Assembly (NCBI GenBank): GCA_013426185.1
Contig: CP058602.1
Location: 628,549 to 692,548, forward strand
From: Candidatus Woesebacteria bacterium
Lineage (GTDB): Bacteria; Patescibacteriota; Microgenomatia; UBA8517
DNA length: 64,000 bases
Reading direction: 5' to 3'
Shown here: positions 26,545 through 35,835 of the stretch, piece by piece
How the letters are laid out: each line of letters begins with the position of its first letter
How positions within the stretch are numbered: position 1 is the first letter of the stretch
Translations under genes and position numbers: made by a program
Notes under the pieces: model-generated
The model's input: the letters and a program-made list of their open reading frames with translations, nothing else
Told to the model about the DNA's origin: nothing
Database searches by the model: none

Positions 26545-28449
26545 GTGGATAAAAATGATATAATAATCCAAATGACAGAAGGAGAACAACAAATACCAAG
26601 GGCTGAATCTGCACCTAAAGGGTTGGTTCCCGAAAAGTACCTTGCTTTTAAAGGGTCACTGTTTTTCGGGACTGAGGATGAATTGAATAGTTTTAAAGAG
26701 GGATTAAAAGATTTATCAGATCCGGAGCGAGAGATTGGGGAAAGAGTTTTGAAGTTGCATAGGATAATGGCAGGTTTATCCACATCTTCGCTACAAGGTG
26801 AATTAGAAGAGATTTATAAGACAGCTAAAGATAACAATTTACCTGATGATAATGAGTTGTTTGTTTTTGCCGCTTCGGTTCTTTCAACCGAGATAGGACA
26901 GAGAATGACATCTTCCGGTCAGGGTCGTGTTGTAGGTGGAGAGGAAAGAGATCCTGCGTTGAATGATTTGCTAGAAATAAATAGACAACTTCTTAAAGCA
27001 ACGACAGGGCAGTTGGAATTACAAAAACAACAAATGGAGTTATTGAGGCGCTCTGGTTTTTCTGGCTTTGTTTCTGCAATGCAAGCAAGAGCGGGTATAA
27101 ATGTCCAGCAGTTTGATACAGAACCTCCGGTTTGGTATGACAGACTTTCTGATGAGTGGAAAAGAGTTGTTAGAACAAATCTGGGCATTTTGATGGGGGC
27201 TTATCTAAAGTTCAGATCGCCTGGCCAGGGGGCGGAATTGATTATAAAGTCTGAAGATATTCGTATCGAGAGGGAGGCCTTGGCTTTTATGTGGGAGAAT
27301 CTACCTGGTTTTAGGATGACCATTGCTACTATTGTTTCTGAATTGTTTGAGGATAGCGAGGGTAAGATGGTGCTCACCAAAGATGGTAAAGACAAATTAG
27401 CAGACACTCCTGCTTATATATCTTCTTTATTGGCGAGATTAAAGAAATATTTTTCAGAAAATCCCGATAGTCTTATGTTGTATTCACAAACTCTTGGGCC
27501 TGAAGATATAAACCCTGATGTTGCCGCCCGATTTGCTGTTTCTGCTGCCTTTAATTTGCTTTATTTGGGTGGTGCTTTTGAATCTGGTGATTTGGGTAAA
27601 GGCCTAAAGGATTCTTATTCTTTTAATCCTTCTGTGAGGACTTTTTGTTTACCTCGAGATCAGGCAAGGTCAAAATACATTTCAGGTGAAGAAGATATAA
27701 TTGGAACAGATGAGGCATGGGGGGGTAAATTGGGAGAGTGGTTTGCCGAGAGAATTAGGCACAAACCCCAATTTAAGCAAGACTTTTTAAACAACAAGGG
27801 AATAACTAGGCTTATGCCTCAAAGATTAATGTATAGTTTGTTTGATTTAACTTACTTTAAAAATGGAGAAACCCTTTCTAAAGCATTATTGTCAATTTTG
27901 TCTCCTGAAAATAGAAGAGAGATTTCAGGTATGGTTGACTATACAGATCCCAACCTGGTTAATTTTAGAGACCTCAAGTATCCAGAGCTTTGGGGCGGAT
28001 ATTCTGATTTAATGGATTCTGCTTTTAAGGTCTATCAGGCAATAATTGGTAAGGCGGACAAGGAATTTGACCGGCAGGCTCTGGCCAACTCTCTTTCAAA
28101 GTTGAGAAAAGATCCTACTTTGAAGGGTATCTATACGGGAGAAAATGGTGAGTGGGTGGTATTAGCCGCTTTGACCTCTCTTCTTGGCGGTCCTAATTTG
28201 TATAGTTCTGAGATACTTTTAAGATTGCCGGATGAAAGTTATGATTATTCGGTTTGGGAATGGCTTGATGATGACAGAGTTTTAGCCGCCTTGCCGAGTG
28301 GGGCAAGAGAAAGGATTTTTAGAGCTTTAAACGCGAAAAATCTAGATTCTACTGTTGATGCATTTTCATCTTTATTTAGCGGCTCCTTTTTGGGTAGAAG
28401 AGAATCTTTAAGAAGGAGAATAAGAAAGGAACAGAAAAGGTGGCGTTAG
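26545..28449 (+). CDS. Hypothetical 634-aa protein on the strand opposite to, and embedded within, the T4SS-like cluster
   Basis: Long ORF with no TM and no recognised motif. C-terminus Arg-rich (RRRIRKEQKRWR). Confidence 0.5.
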   Translation: MDKNDIIIQMTEGEQQIPRAESAPKGLVPEKYLAFKGSLFFGTEDELNSFKEGLKDLSDPEREIGERVLKLHRIMAGLSTSSLQGELEEIYKTAKDNNLPDDNELFVFAASVLSTEIGQRMTSSGQGRVVGGEERDPALNDLLEINRQLLKATTGQLELQKQQMELLRRSGFSGFVSAMQARAGINVQQFDTEPPVWYDRLSDEWKRVVRTNLGILMGAYLKFRSPGQGAELIIKSEDIRIEREALAFMWENLPGFRMTIATIVSELFEDSEGKMVLTKDGKDKLADTPAYISSLLARLKKYFSENPDSLMLYSQTLGPEDINPDVAARFAVSAAFNLLYLGGAFESGDLGKGLKDSYSFNPSVRTFCLPRDQARSKYISGEEDIIGTDEAWGGKLGEWFAERIRHKPQFKQDFLNNKGITRLMPQRLMYSLFDLTYFKNGETLSKALLSILSPENRREISGMVDYTDPNLVNFRDLKYPELWGGYSDLMDSAFKVYQAIIGKADKEFDRQALANSLSKLRKDPTLKGIYTGENGEWVVLAALTSLLGGPNLYSSEILLRLPDESYDYSVWEWLDDDRVLAALPSGARERIFRALNAKNLDSTVDAFSSLFSGSFLGRRESLRRRIRKEQKRWR

Positions 28450-28468
28450 CCCATGTTTTTGATAGTAG

Positions 28469-30070
28469 TTATTTTACTTGGCCCATAGCGCGGAGCATGT
28501 CAAAGAATTTTTTACCTCTAGCTGTTCCTTCTGGAATCGCTTTTCCTTGTGGAATAGACTTGTATCTAATTTCGCTTTCTGTGGCTGTATATTGAAGTCC
28601 CATTTTACCAACTCCTACGGCCGGCGCCACAGCCTCGCCGATTGCAGTTCCATAAGCAAATGGCTTGCCTTCTATCATACTCTTTATTATATCAGCTACT
28701 TTGGGAATCATCATATAGATCGCGAAACTTGCAAGCATCCAGAGGAACCTCCCACTGTTTGTGCCCCAAGTTAAAGGCGGGTCCCAGTTTGTAGTTGATT
28801 CTAGAGCCCTGGGTGATATTTGAAAAGGTGCCGCGCGTGCCAGAAAATCACCAACGGTGGAGCCGCCTGTTGCCTGAACAGCAAAAAAGAAGGCGAGAAA
28901 GAACATTACTCCTACGGTTGGATAAACAGCAAGATTGGCAATAAAATTTTTAGCCCACTGCCCAAATCCTCCTCCTATCGGACTAACTATTCCAATCAAG
29001 ATTTGTAAAGGAGCAGCAACAATTGAAAGGATTATTGATACATAGGTTTTTATCATCAGCCACAGAATTTTGAAAGAATTAAAGATAGTTGCTATTAGAA
29101 CTACAAAGAAAAAGAGGATGAGAAGGAAACCGCCAAAGAATCCTGCCGAGAAGATTGTGGCTATAGTGCCAAGCAAAAACATTAACACATAGTGCCAAGA
29201 AAGAACTAAAACATTTCTATCACTTGTTAGATCCTTAAATAGATCTATGGCCGAATAGCCTGAATCTACTAGCCCAGAAGCCTTTATGATTGAAGAGGTT
29301 ATCCCTATGACAACATACATCAAATCTATTAAGAAACCTGCAATTGCGTAGGAAAAGGTTATTAAGACAAGACCGATCACTACTTTAGGAAGAGCTGACT
29401 GAACGGTTATAACGGCTTGGGGAGATATTTTAACCCTGAACATTATCATCAAAGCAAAAGCAATGATAATTATAATCAGAAGGCCGTAAGATATATTTCT
29501 TGTTGCTTGCCACAGCCTTTGTACAGCTGCTCCGCCTGAAGTATAGCCAAAGCCTTGAGCTTTAGCTTCAGGCAAGCTGGTTAGTTTTGAAATTTTTCTT
29601 AAGAGATATCCGGTCCCTGAGAGTTCGTTATTGTAAAGGAAGGAATAGAGAGAAAAGTTGTGGTCCCTTGCTAGTTGGGTTCCTGTTTCGTTATCGGTTA
29701 TTAGCCTTATGGGAAAAGAGAAGAAGTTGTACATTCTTTCTATCACTTCCTTTAGGACTTGGACAGCCCCTGTAATACAACTTCCTAGGTCAGCGGAGAA
29801 GACGCAGATCCAGGGTTCTGGTCGCCCTAAGGTAAGAGCGGTCATCATGTGAGCTGGTATGGAATAAAATATCCAATTGACTTGTGCTGCTGTATATCTT
29901 TCTCCGAAAATCTCGGTTGGGTTTGAGACATCAAACGTTTTTACGTACCATTCGGGGTAGTCTTGGTGAAACCATAAATTATCAGCAGCGAAAGCTTGAG
30001 AGGATGAAGCGGGAAGAATGAAAATGGCAATTAAAATCGAGATGATTATTTTTTTAATAGTTTTTTTCAT
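28469..30070 (-). CDS. Signal-peptide-bearing polytopic membrane protein, VirB6/TrbL-like by architecture
   Basis: Signal sequence IIISILIAIFILPASSSQAFA, then an ~170-aa N-terminal domain, then at least 6 TM helices. Architecture and T4SS context only. Confidence 0.4.
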   Translation of the reverse strand: MKKTIKKIIISILIAIFILPASSSQAFAADNLWFHQDYPEWYVKTFDVSNPTEIFGERYTAAQVNWIFYSIPAHMMTALTLGRPEPWICVFSADLGSCITGAVQVLKEVIERMYNFFSFPIRLITDNETGTQLARDHNFSLYSFLYNNELSGTGYLLRKISKLTSLPEAKAQGFGYTSGGAAVQRLWQATRNISYGLLIIIIIAFALMIMFRVKISPQAVITVQSALPKVVIGLVLITFSYAIAGFLIDLMYVVIGITSSIIKASGLVDSGYSAIDLFKDLTSDRNVLVLSWHYVLMFLLGTIATIFSAGFFGGFLLILFFFVVLIATIFNSFKILWLMIKTYVSIILSIVAAPLQILIGIVSPIGGGFGQWAKNFIANLAVYPTVGVMFFLAFFFAVQATGGSTVGDFLARAAPFQISPRALESTTNWDPPLTWGTNSGRFLWMLASFAIYMMIPKVADIIKSMIEGKPFAYGTAIGEAVAPAVGVGKMGLQYTATESEIRYKSIPQGKAIPEGTARGKKFFDMLRAMGQVK

Positions 30071-30136
30071 TTTTTAAAAAGTGTCCTACCTTTTATTTTA
30101 GAGCGATTTTGGTCTTAAAGGCAATAGGCAGTTGGT

Positions 30137-30652
30137 TCAGGGATTTTTATTTTCGCAAAAACTTAGACCATAATTTTTTCCTGCATATTCTGGATTAGCA
30201 TAACTTGGTGTTGTGATATTTACTTTAAGGTAGCAAGCTTCTTGTTGACTAATTTTCAATTTATCAAGCAATGCTTTTTCGGCTTCAGTTCTAATTTCAT
30301 CAAACGGAGAACTGAGTATAGATATAAGAAATGAATTATCAACAGGAATATACATTATTTGGTAATCCTTTTTATCGATAAATTTAGCAAAACCATCCTT
30401 TTTAATTTCAGTTGCTTCTCTATAAAAATTGTTGACCTCTATCCCTGAAATTTTTATTTTTGGCGACTCTTGATCAATTTTTGTTTCCAAATCTTTTGGC
30501 AAAAAGGGGGAAGTTGTGGGTTGTATGGTTTTTTGGGGCTCGGTAATTTCGCTTTTGGGATAGGGAATAAAAATTCCTATTAAAGCAAAAACAGCTACAG
30601 CGAGAAAAGAAAAGATCAGAATTTTGTTTTTGTCAATTTTTTTTATGGGCAT
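30137..30652 (-). CDS. Small bitopic membrane protein (N-terminal TM anchor plus ~140-aa external domain), candidate VirB8-like component
   Basis: Anchor ILIFSFLAVAVFALIGIFIPY. Size and topology fit VirB8-type proteins. No sequence motif confirmed. Confidence 0.35.
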   Translation of the reverse strand: MPIKKIDKNKILIFSFLAVAVFALIGIFIPYPKSEITEPQKTIQPTTSPFLPKDLETKIDQESPKIKISGIEVNNFYREATEIKKDGFAKFIDKKDYQIMYIPVDNSFLISILSSPFDEIRTEAEKALLDKLKISQQEACYLKVNITTPSYANPEYAGKNYGLSFCENKNP

Positions 30653-32985
30653 TTTGATATATCAAGGCCACAAGCTTTAGCTGCGTTTATCCATGGGCAC
30701 CAAGGGCTGTATCCTCTACTTTTCAAGTCTTTTGTCAAAGCAACAGCCTTTTGTATATTATTGGTAGGATCAAAAAACATATTAGCGCATTCAATTACTC
30801 TGTCCTTGTCCTTAATTGTACACATTGGTCGATTTTTATCAAAGGGTGTTCCACCGTCACAGTGTGCCAAAAGGTTTATTTGAAAAAGTCCGATACTGTA
30901 GTCAAAACTACTACCGCTTAAACATCCACAATTGATGGCGTCTGGGTTGCCACCACTTTCAGTGTTGCAAATACAAGACGCGGCTGCAGCATCACCTGGG
31001 TCAAAAAACTGGCTAAGATATGATTGACTACAGTATCCTCCTCCAGGAACAGCCCCACTTGGAGAGCCGCTGTTTCCTGCAGGTGAAGAAGTACAAAGAC
31101 CGGTTGGGTCTGTTCCGCCACCACTTTGTAATTCTTGCCCGACAGAGGCAATGGATTTTTCGCTACAGGCTGATGGTATCCCTCCTATTTCAATACCTCC
31201 TATGAAAGGAATCCAGCCTGGGAGTCTTATTCCTTTTGTGCAAGCGACAATTTGGTCGTGACGATCTTGTCTTGCTCTTGGCGTTACTTCATTGGCTCTG
31301 CCTGTTAGCTGAGTTGCTGGCCTTTGCGAGTTAAGAGTGTTGATTTTGATTTTGTTTTTCCACTGAATTTCTTGAGGCAAGAGCTTGTTTAGTGGACCTG
31401 AAAACGTTGTTATTCTTTTTAGATCTGCTTCCTCTTTGTGGCTTAAAGGGTCGTCTTCGGCTCTATAGAGCGTGCCGTTTAAGTACCAGCTTAGGTATTC
31501 ATTTGCGCGGTCGGCTTCGGGAATCTTCTGGCCTGTGGTTAGACCAGCTGGTGCTCCCCCAAACTCTTTAGGCCTTAGAGCAGTCTGGATGCCCAGTAGG
31601 AAATAGTCATATATGCCTCCGAGGTGGGGAAAATAAAGCTGGGGGTTTTGGGTAGAAAGGTTGGCTCCGTCGCCATTAATATTATATTCTACATTTGAGG
31701 ACGCGGGGATGTCTTTTATTTTTTCATAAGGAGAGTTGGGGCTTGTTTTTGGCATTATTCTCCTGAAAATGGACGAGTTGCCAGCAGTTGTTTTGCTCCA
31801 AATTTCATCTACAAGAGGGGTGAAAGTTTCAACCTGAGCTGATAGTTCTGCTGTATTTGTGCATTCTCCTCTGAGGGAACAAAAACCGGAAGAGCAGTCC
31901 CATACTGCTGGACAATCAAAAGAAGCTGTATATGTTATTTTGGCAGCAGGTGCGCCTGTTGACTTTTGAGCTCTTTTGTCTATTTGTTCCCCAAACAATT
32001 GATCTCCGGGGTTATAGCGCGATTCTAGAATAGTGCACCCTGATTGCTGCCTTACAGCATTAATATCGCCAGCTTTGATGCTTTGAGCTTGTCTGTTGTC
32101 TAGATTTTCTTTTGGGGCGAATGTGGATTGTAACAGTGTTGTTAGTTCTACCCCTTCCTCAAGGTGGGGAAAATAAAGGACGCCCTCTCTTGTGGTAGTG
32201 TTTTTGGTCCTCGGGTCGTCTGATTTTTGTTTCCATTCTGTTCTTAAGTTTTTTATCTCAAAATTGGTTGAGGGCATGGAGCTAAAGTCAGACAATCTTA
32301 TTTTGCCGATTCTATCTTCGGTGGAGGAATAGGGTATGTATGGAAAAAGCGCGGCCCAGAAATCTGGCTGGAGGGGGTTGTTAAAGCAGAACAGAATCTT
32401 GAAACCAATTATTGGTATAGTTACCTCTGCGCAGGTTTTACCTCTCCATTCCTGGTATGCTGCATAATAGTCTTTCAGATTTGAATATCGAGAGGGGTCT
32501 GGTGGCAAACGGTCTTTCCATTCTGCTAGTCTTTTCTCGTTTTCTCCAAGAGACGATGTTTTTCCCCGAGGAACAAGTTCCGTGTTGCCTGCTATTGGCA
32601 GTTCGGAATTAAAAGCATTGACCGAAATCTCGACCTCCTTTGGAACGTTGCAATGGCAGGTAGTGTTTGAATTCCCTGAAGCGGCTTGAGGGGGGTCGCA
32701 TCGGCAATGGGAACTGTTAACATTGGTTGTAAAGGTTTGCCTTATGACGAAATCTTTTCCACAAAGCAGAGATTGCTCTTCATCCTTGATGGGTACTTGG
32801 CAGGGGCTTGCTTGATAAGGCCTTAAAGAGTGCCACTCTGGTTTTTTGGTTTGATCGCAGGGAACGTAGGGTTCGGGAATTGGGGCAGGGTTGGTAGCGT
32901 AGACTTTTTGGGTAGAAGATAGAAAAGCTAATAGGAAAAAGAGAGAAAAAACAAAACTAAGTCTTTTTTTGAATAAACCTGGCAT
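30643..32985 (-). CDS. Secreted cysteine-rich 780-aa protein with C-terminal GH23/SLT-type lytic transglycosylase domain (VirB1-like function)
   Basis: Signal peptide LSFVFSLFFLLAFLSSTQKVYA. Many Cys. C-terminal CICNTESGGNPDAIN…SIGLFQIN matches the SLT catalytic ES…GLMQI signature. Confidence 0.6.
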   Translation of the reverse strand: MPGLFKKRLSFVFSLFFLLAFLSSTQKVYATNPAPIPEPYVPCDQTKKPEWHSLRPYQASPCQVPIKDEEQSLLCGKDFVIRQTFTTNVNSSHCRCDPPQAASGNSNTTCHCNVPKEVEISVNAFNSELPIAGNTELVPRGKTSSLGENEKRLAEWKDRLPPDPSRYSNLKDYYAAYQEWRGKTCAEVTIPIIGFKILFCFNNPLQPDFWAALFPYIPYSSTEDRIGKIRLSDFSSMPSTNFEIKNLRTEWKQKSDDPRTKNTTTREGVLYFPHLEEGVELTTLLQSTFAPKENLDNRQAQSIKAGDINAVRQQSGCTILESRYNPGDQLFGEQIDKRAQKSTGAPAAKITYTASFDCPAVWDCSSGFCSLRGECTNTAELSAQVETFTPLVDEIWSKTTAGNSSIFRRIMPKTSPNSPYEKIKDIPASSNVEYNINGDGANLSTQNPQLYFPHLGGIYDYFLLGIQTALRPKEFGGAPAGLTTGQKIPEADRANEYLSWYLNGTLYRAEDDPLSHKEEADLKRITTFSGPLNKLLPQEIQWKNKIKINTLNSQRPATQLTGRANEVTPRARQDRHDQIVACTKGIRLPGWIPFIGGIEIGGIPSACSEKSIASVGQELQSGGGTDPTGLCTSSPAGNSGSPSGAVPGGGYCSQSYLSQFFDPGDAAAASCICNTESGGNPDAINCGCLSGSSFDYSIGLFQINLLAHCDGGTPFDKNRPMCTIKDKDRVIECANMFFDPTNNIQKAVALTKDLKSRGYSPWCPWINAAKACGLDISKCP

Positions 32986-33027
32986 TTGTTATGATTTTAA
33001 AGCTAAAACGTGAGGAAGTAAAGCTTG

Positions 33028-33330
33028 TTATTCCTGATAGATGATTTTGAATTGGGTAACGTCTACTCCTGTGAATTGATAAATTAACTTAAGTATTAAA
33101 AAAGACATTGCAAGAAGTACGATGCCAAAGATGGCGTAAGTTATGGTTTTTTTTGCTGCTTCTGCTTGCTGAGGGTTGCCTCCTGCAGTTATATAGTTAA
33201 ATCCGCCAACAATAAGCATTATAAAGAGGACTATTCCTGCAAATTCAAGCGCTACTTTTACTATGTTTCCAAAATAAGTTTCAATGTCTGATAGCTTTGC
33301 TGGTGGTTCTGCTGTTGTTGTTGATTCCAT
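33028..33330 (-). CDS. Pilin-like small membrane protein, paralogue 1 of 8 (VirB2/TrbC-like two-helix architecture)
   Basis: Shared motif ITAGGNPQQAEAAKKTITYAIFGIVLL between two hydrophobic helices. Confidence 0.55.
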   Translation of the reverse strand: MESTTTAEPPAKLSDIETYFGNIVKVALEFAGIVLFIMLIVGGFNYITAGGNPQQAEAAKKTITYAIFGIVLLAMSFLILKLIYQFTGVDVTQFKIIYQE

Positions 33331-33377
33331 CAGAGACGATTATAGCAAAAGCAGTAAAAAAAAAGAAGCTTGAGACT

Positions 33378-33773
33378 TTATTGATTAACAGTAGGAATCT
33401 GAAGGTTAAAAATGTTAACACCAAAGAAGGTTCCAATTAAGCCAGCTATTGCCCAAGCGGCAAAGACAATAACCAAGCCAACCAAGGCAGCAGTAATTTG
33501 AGCTCTAGCTTGTTCTGTTTGACCTTTATCGCCACCCGAGATAATCCAACGTATTCCGCCGATTACCAAAATAAAGAAGAAAACAATTGCTGCAATAACC
33601 AAAGCCAGTTTTAGAAGACCCGCAATAATACCTCCTATGGTTAGGTTAGCGACAGTTCCAGCTAACTGGTCGTTTGTTGGTTTTAAGTTTATTGTATTTC
33701 CTTGAGCCAAGACTTCTAGAGCTAAGCTTTTCATATTTCCCATATTATCTAATTTTTGTATTGTTTTTGTCAA
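33378..33773 (-). CDS. Pilin-like small membrane protein, paralogue 2
   Basis: Motif IISGGDKGQTEQARAQITAALVGLVIV. Two hydrophobic helices. Confidence 0.55.
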   Translation of the reverse strand: MTKTIQKLDNMGNMKSLALEVLAQGNTINLKPTNDQLAGTVANLTIGGIIAGLLKLALVIAAIVFFFILVIGGIRWIISGGDKGQTEQARAQITAALVGLVIVFAAWAIAGLIGTFFGVNIFNLQIPTVNQ

Positions 33774-33775
33774 GA

Positions 33776-34146
33776 GGGGAATTGGTCGAAGCTAATCGGA
33801 AGACTGTATTTAGTATTTTGTATTATGTATTATGGGAAATCCAAGTAGTAAGTAGAACGTAGTAAGTAGAAAGCAAAATTAATAAATAGTTAAAAGTTCA
33901 AAGTGCAAAATTCAAAGTTGGAATTTATTTGTTTGGAATTTGTAATTTGGAATTTGCCTGCCCTGAACCGAATTTATTCTGGTTCAGGGTTTAGAATTTA
34001 GATATTAGAATTTAGGATTTGGACCTTGTAATTTGGAGCTTGGAATTTGTTTGTAATTTGTATATTGGAATTTGTGATTTAATTCTATAATCTATAATCC
34101 AAAATCTATAATCTAATCATCAAGTTTTGATTTTGAGTTAATCCGT
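33776..34146. repeat. Dispersed AT-rich repeat family, copy R2 (inverted copy of R1; same orientation as R3)
   Basis: Matches the reverse complement of 6640..6900 over ~280 bp. Contains the perfect 9-bp-stem hairpin ccctgaacc(n13)ggttcaggg at 33962..33990. Confidence 0.7.
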
Positions 34147-34148
34147 CT

Positions 34149-34472
34149 CTATTCAAGAAAATTTATCCTTAATTCTAGAAGTTTAATTCCAAAGAAGTTC
34201 TCAAGTATATAAATTATAGCGAAAAGAGAAAGAAGAATGACTAGTCCAATGACAGCGTTGGTTATTTTGCTTTTTGCTGATTCGATGGCTGCTTTATCTC
34301 CTCCTGAAATAATCCATTGAATAGCGCCCACAATAATTATGGCTACGAAGATAATGGCGCCAACAATAAAACTTAGACTGATTAAATTTGGCAAGAGCTT
34401 GTTAAAAAACTCAGTTCCTGAAAGGTTTCTGACACCTTCTCCTAGAGCTGGATTTTTAATACCTTGGTCCAT
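34149..34472 (-). CDS. Pilin-like small membrane protein, paralogue 3
   Basis: Motif IISGGDKAAIESAKSKITNAVIGLVIL. Confidence 0.55.
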   Translation of the reverse strand: MDQGIKNPALGEGVRNLSGTEFFNKLLPNLISLSFIVGAIIFVAIIIVGAIQWIISGGDKAAIESAKSKITNAVIGLVILLSLFAIIYILENFFGIKLLELRINFLE

Positions 34473-34475
34473 AAG

Positions 34476-34856
34476 TTATTTCCAAATGTTTTCAACAAAC
34501 TGAGCTGGATTGAGAATTAGGCTAATACCCAAGATTTTTCCCACCAGTTCGATCAGAAAGATGGAAGCGACAACAACGACAAGACCTATAAGAGCGTTAA
34601 ATATTCTTTTTCTGGCTGATTCAAGAGCTCCTTTGTCTCCACCTGATGAGATCATTGCAATTGCACCTGAAACGAAAACAAAAATAAACCAGAGCCCAGC
34701 GACAATAGTTAAAACACCTATAACTCCTGAAATGAAGGAGTTAAAAATGGTTGGGGCAGTTTCAGGGTTGCTTTGTTCAAGACCCAGCCTGCCAAAGCCC
34801 TTAAAGCCCTCATTTGGCGAAAGCGGTATGTCTGCAGCAATTAGTTTTGAGATCAT
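34476..34856 (-). CDS. Pilin-like small membrane protein, paralogue 4
   Basis: Motif ISSGGDKGALESARKRIFNALIGLVVV. Confidence 0.55.
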   Translation of the reverse strand: MISKLIAADIPLSPNEGFKGFGRLGLEQSNPETAPTIFNSFISGVIGVLTIVAGLWFIFVFVSGAIAMISSGGDKGALESARKRIFNALIGLVVVVASIFLIELVGKILGISLILNPAQFVENIWK

Positions 34857-35188
34857 AGGCTTGGAATTTTAGGTCTAAGCAAGAAAAAGTAATCGTTGAA
34901 AACCAATTTTCCAAAAATAGCTGCCAAAACAAAAGAGCCAGCTGCAACAGCAAGGCCTAAAAGTGTTTGCCAAATTTTTGCCCAAGCACTTGCTACTTTT
35001 TTAGGATCATCGCTTGCTGAAATGAAAGCATAACCGGCTAGAATTAAATTAATCAAAGCATAAATGCCGGCAATGATTATTAAAGTTCTGAGAATTAAGT
35101 CCAAAAGCTTGCCTATAGCTCCACTTTCAACCGAGCCAAACTTGCTGATTGCTTCAGGTGAATTTATTGGTCCAAAGACTTGTAACAT
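34853..35188 (-). CDS. Pilin-like small membrane protein, paralogue 5
   Basis: Motif ISASDDPKKVASAWAKIWQTLLGLAVA. Confidence 0.5.
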   Translation of the reverse strand: MLQVFGPINSPEAISKFGSVESGAIGKLLDLILRTLIIIAGIYALINLILAGYAFISASDDPKKVASAWAKIWQTLLGLAVAAGSFVLAAIFGKLVFNDYFFLLRPKIPSL

Positions 35189-35192
35189 AAGA

Positions 35193-35513
35193 CTAAATTG
35201 TCGGCTGGGTAATAAAATTGTTACCAGTTATTATTTCAATAATTCTTATTACCCAGTACGCTCCAAATATTATTATAAACCCTATTATAGCAGTTGTGAC
35301 AGCTTTTTTCCCTTTTTCAATTTTTTGAGGATCGGAGGAGCCCGCGCCTGAAATTAGAGAGATTCCGGCGAAGATAAAAAGAAACAAGATTATTATGCCA
35401 CTAACAGCAAAAGATGCGTTTAAGATTAGTGTTATGAGGTCTCCTATTCCTTTGGTGTTGCCAAAAGGAGAACCAAAAGTACTTCCTATGTCAATTGCTA
35501 AGCTTTTCATCAT
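35193..35513 (-). CDS. Pilin-like small membrane protein, paralogue 6
   Basis: Motif ISGAGSSDPQKIEKGKKAVTTAIIGFIII. Confidence 0.5.
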   Translation of the reverse strand: MMKSLAIDIGSTFGSPFGNTKGIGDLITLILNASFAVSGIIILFLFIFAGISLISGAGSSDPQKIEKGKKAVTTAIIGFIIIFGAYWVIRIIEIITGNNFITQPTI

Positions 35514-35830
35514 TATTGGAACGTTTGTCTTATTTTATCAAGTCCTAAAACAGCAGCTACTATCTGCACAATCCAGTAGGATGCAAAAATTATAACAAAA
35601 CCAATTAGAGCTTGGGTAATTTTGCTTTGTGCTTCCTGCGCTTTTTTAGGATCGCCTGCTGAAGTTAAATACTGAAACCCGCCAAGAATCAGGTAGATGA
35701 GAAGAAGAATTCCGGCGACAGCAAAAATGTATTTTAAAGATTCACCAACTATTGTACCCACATTTCCACCCGCAAACTTGAGTCCGATACTGCCTTCTAA
35801 TTGTTGATAATTAACTTGAGCTAGGTTCAT
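35513..35830 (-). CDS. Pilin-like small membrane protein, paralogue 7
   Basis: Motif LTSAGDPKKAQEAQSKITQALIGFVIIF. Confidence 0.55.
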   Translation of the reverse strand: MNLAQVNYQQLEGSIGLKFAGGNVGTIVGESLKYIFAVAGILLLIYLILGGFQYLTSAGDPKKAQEAQSKITQALIGFVIIFASYWIVQIVAAVLGLDKIRQTFQ

Positions 35831-35835
35831 AGTTT

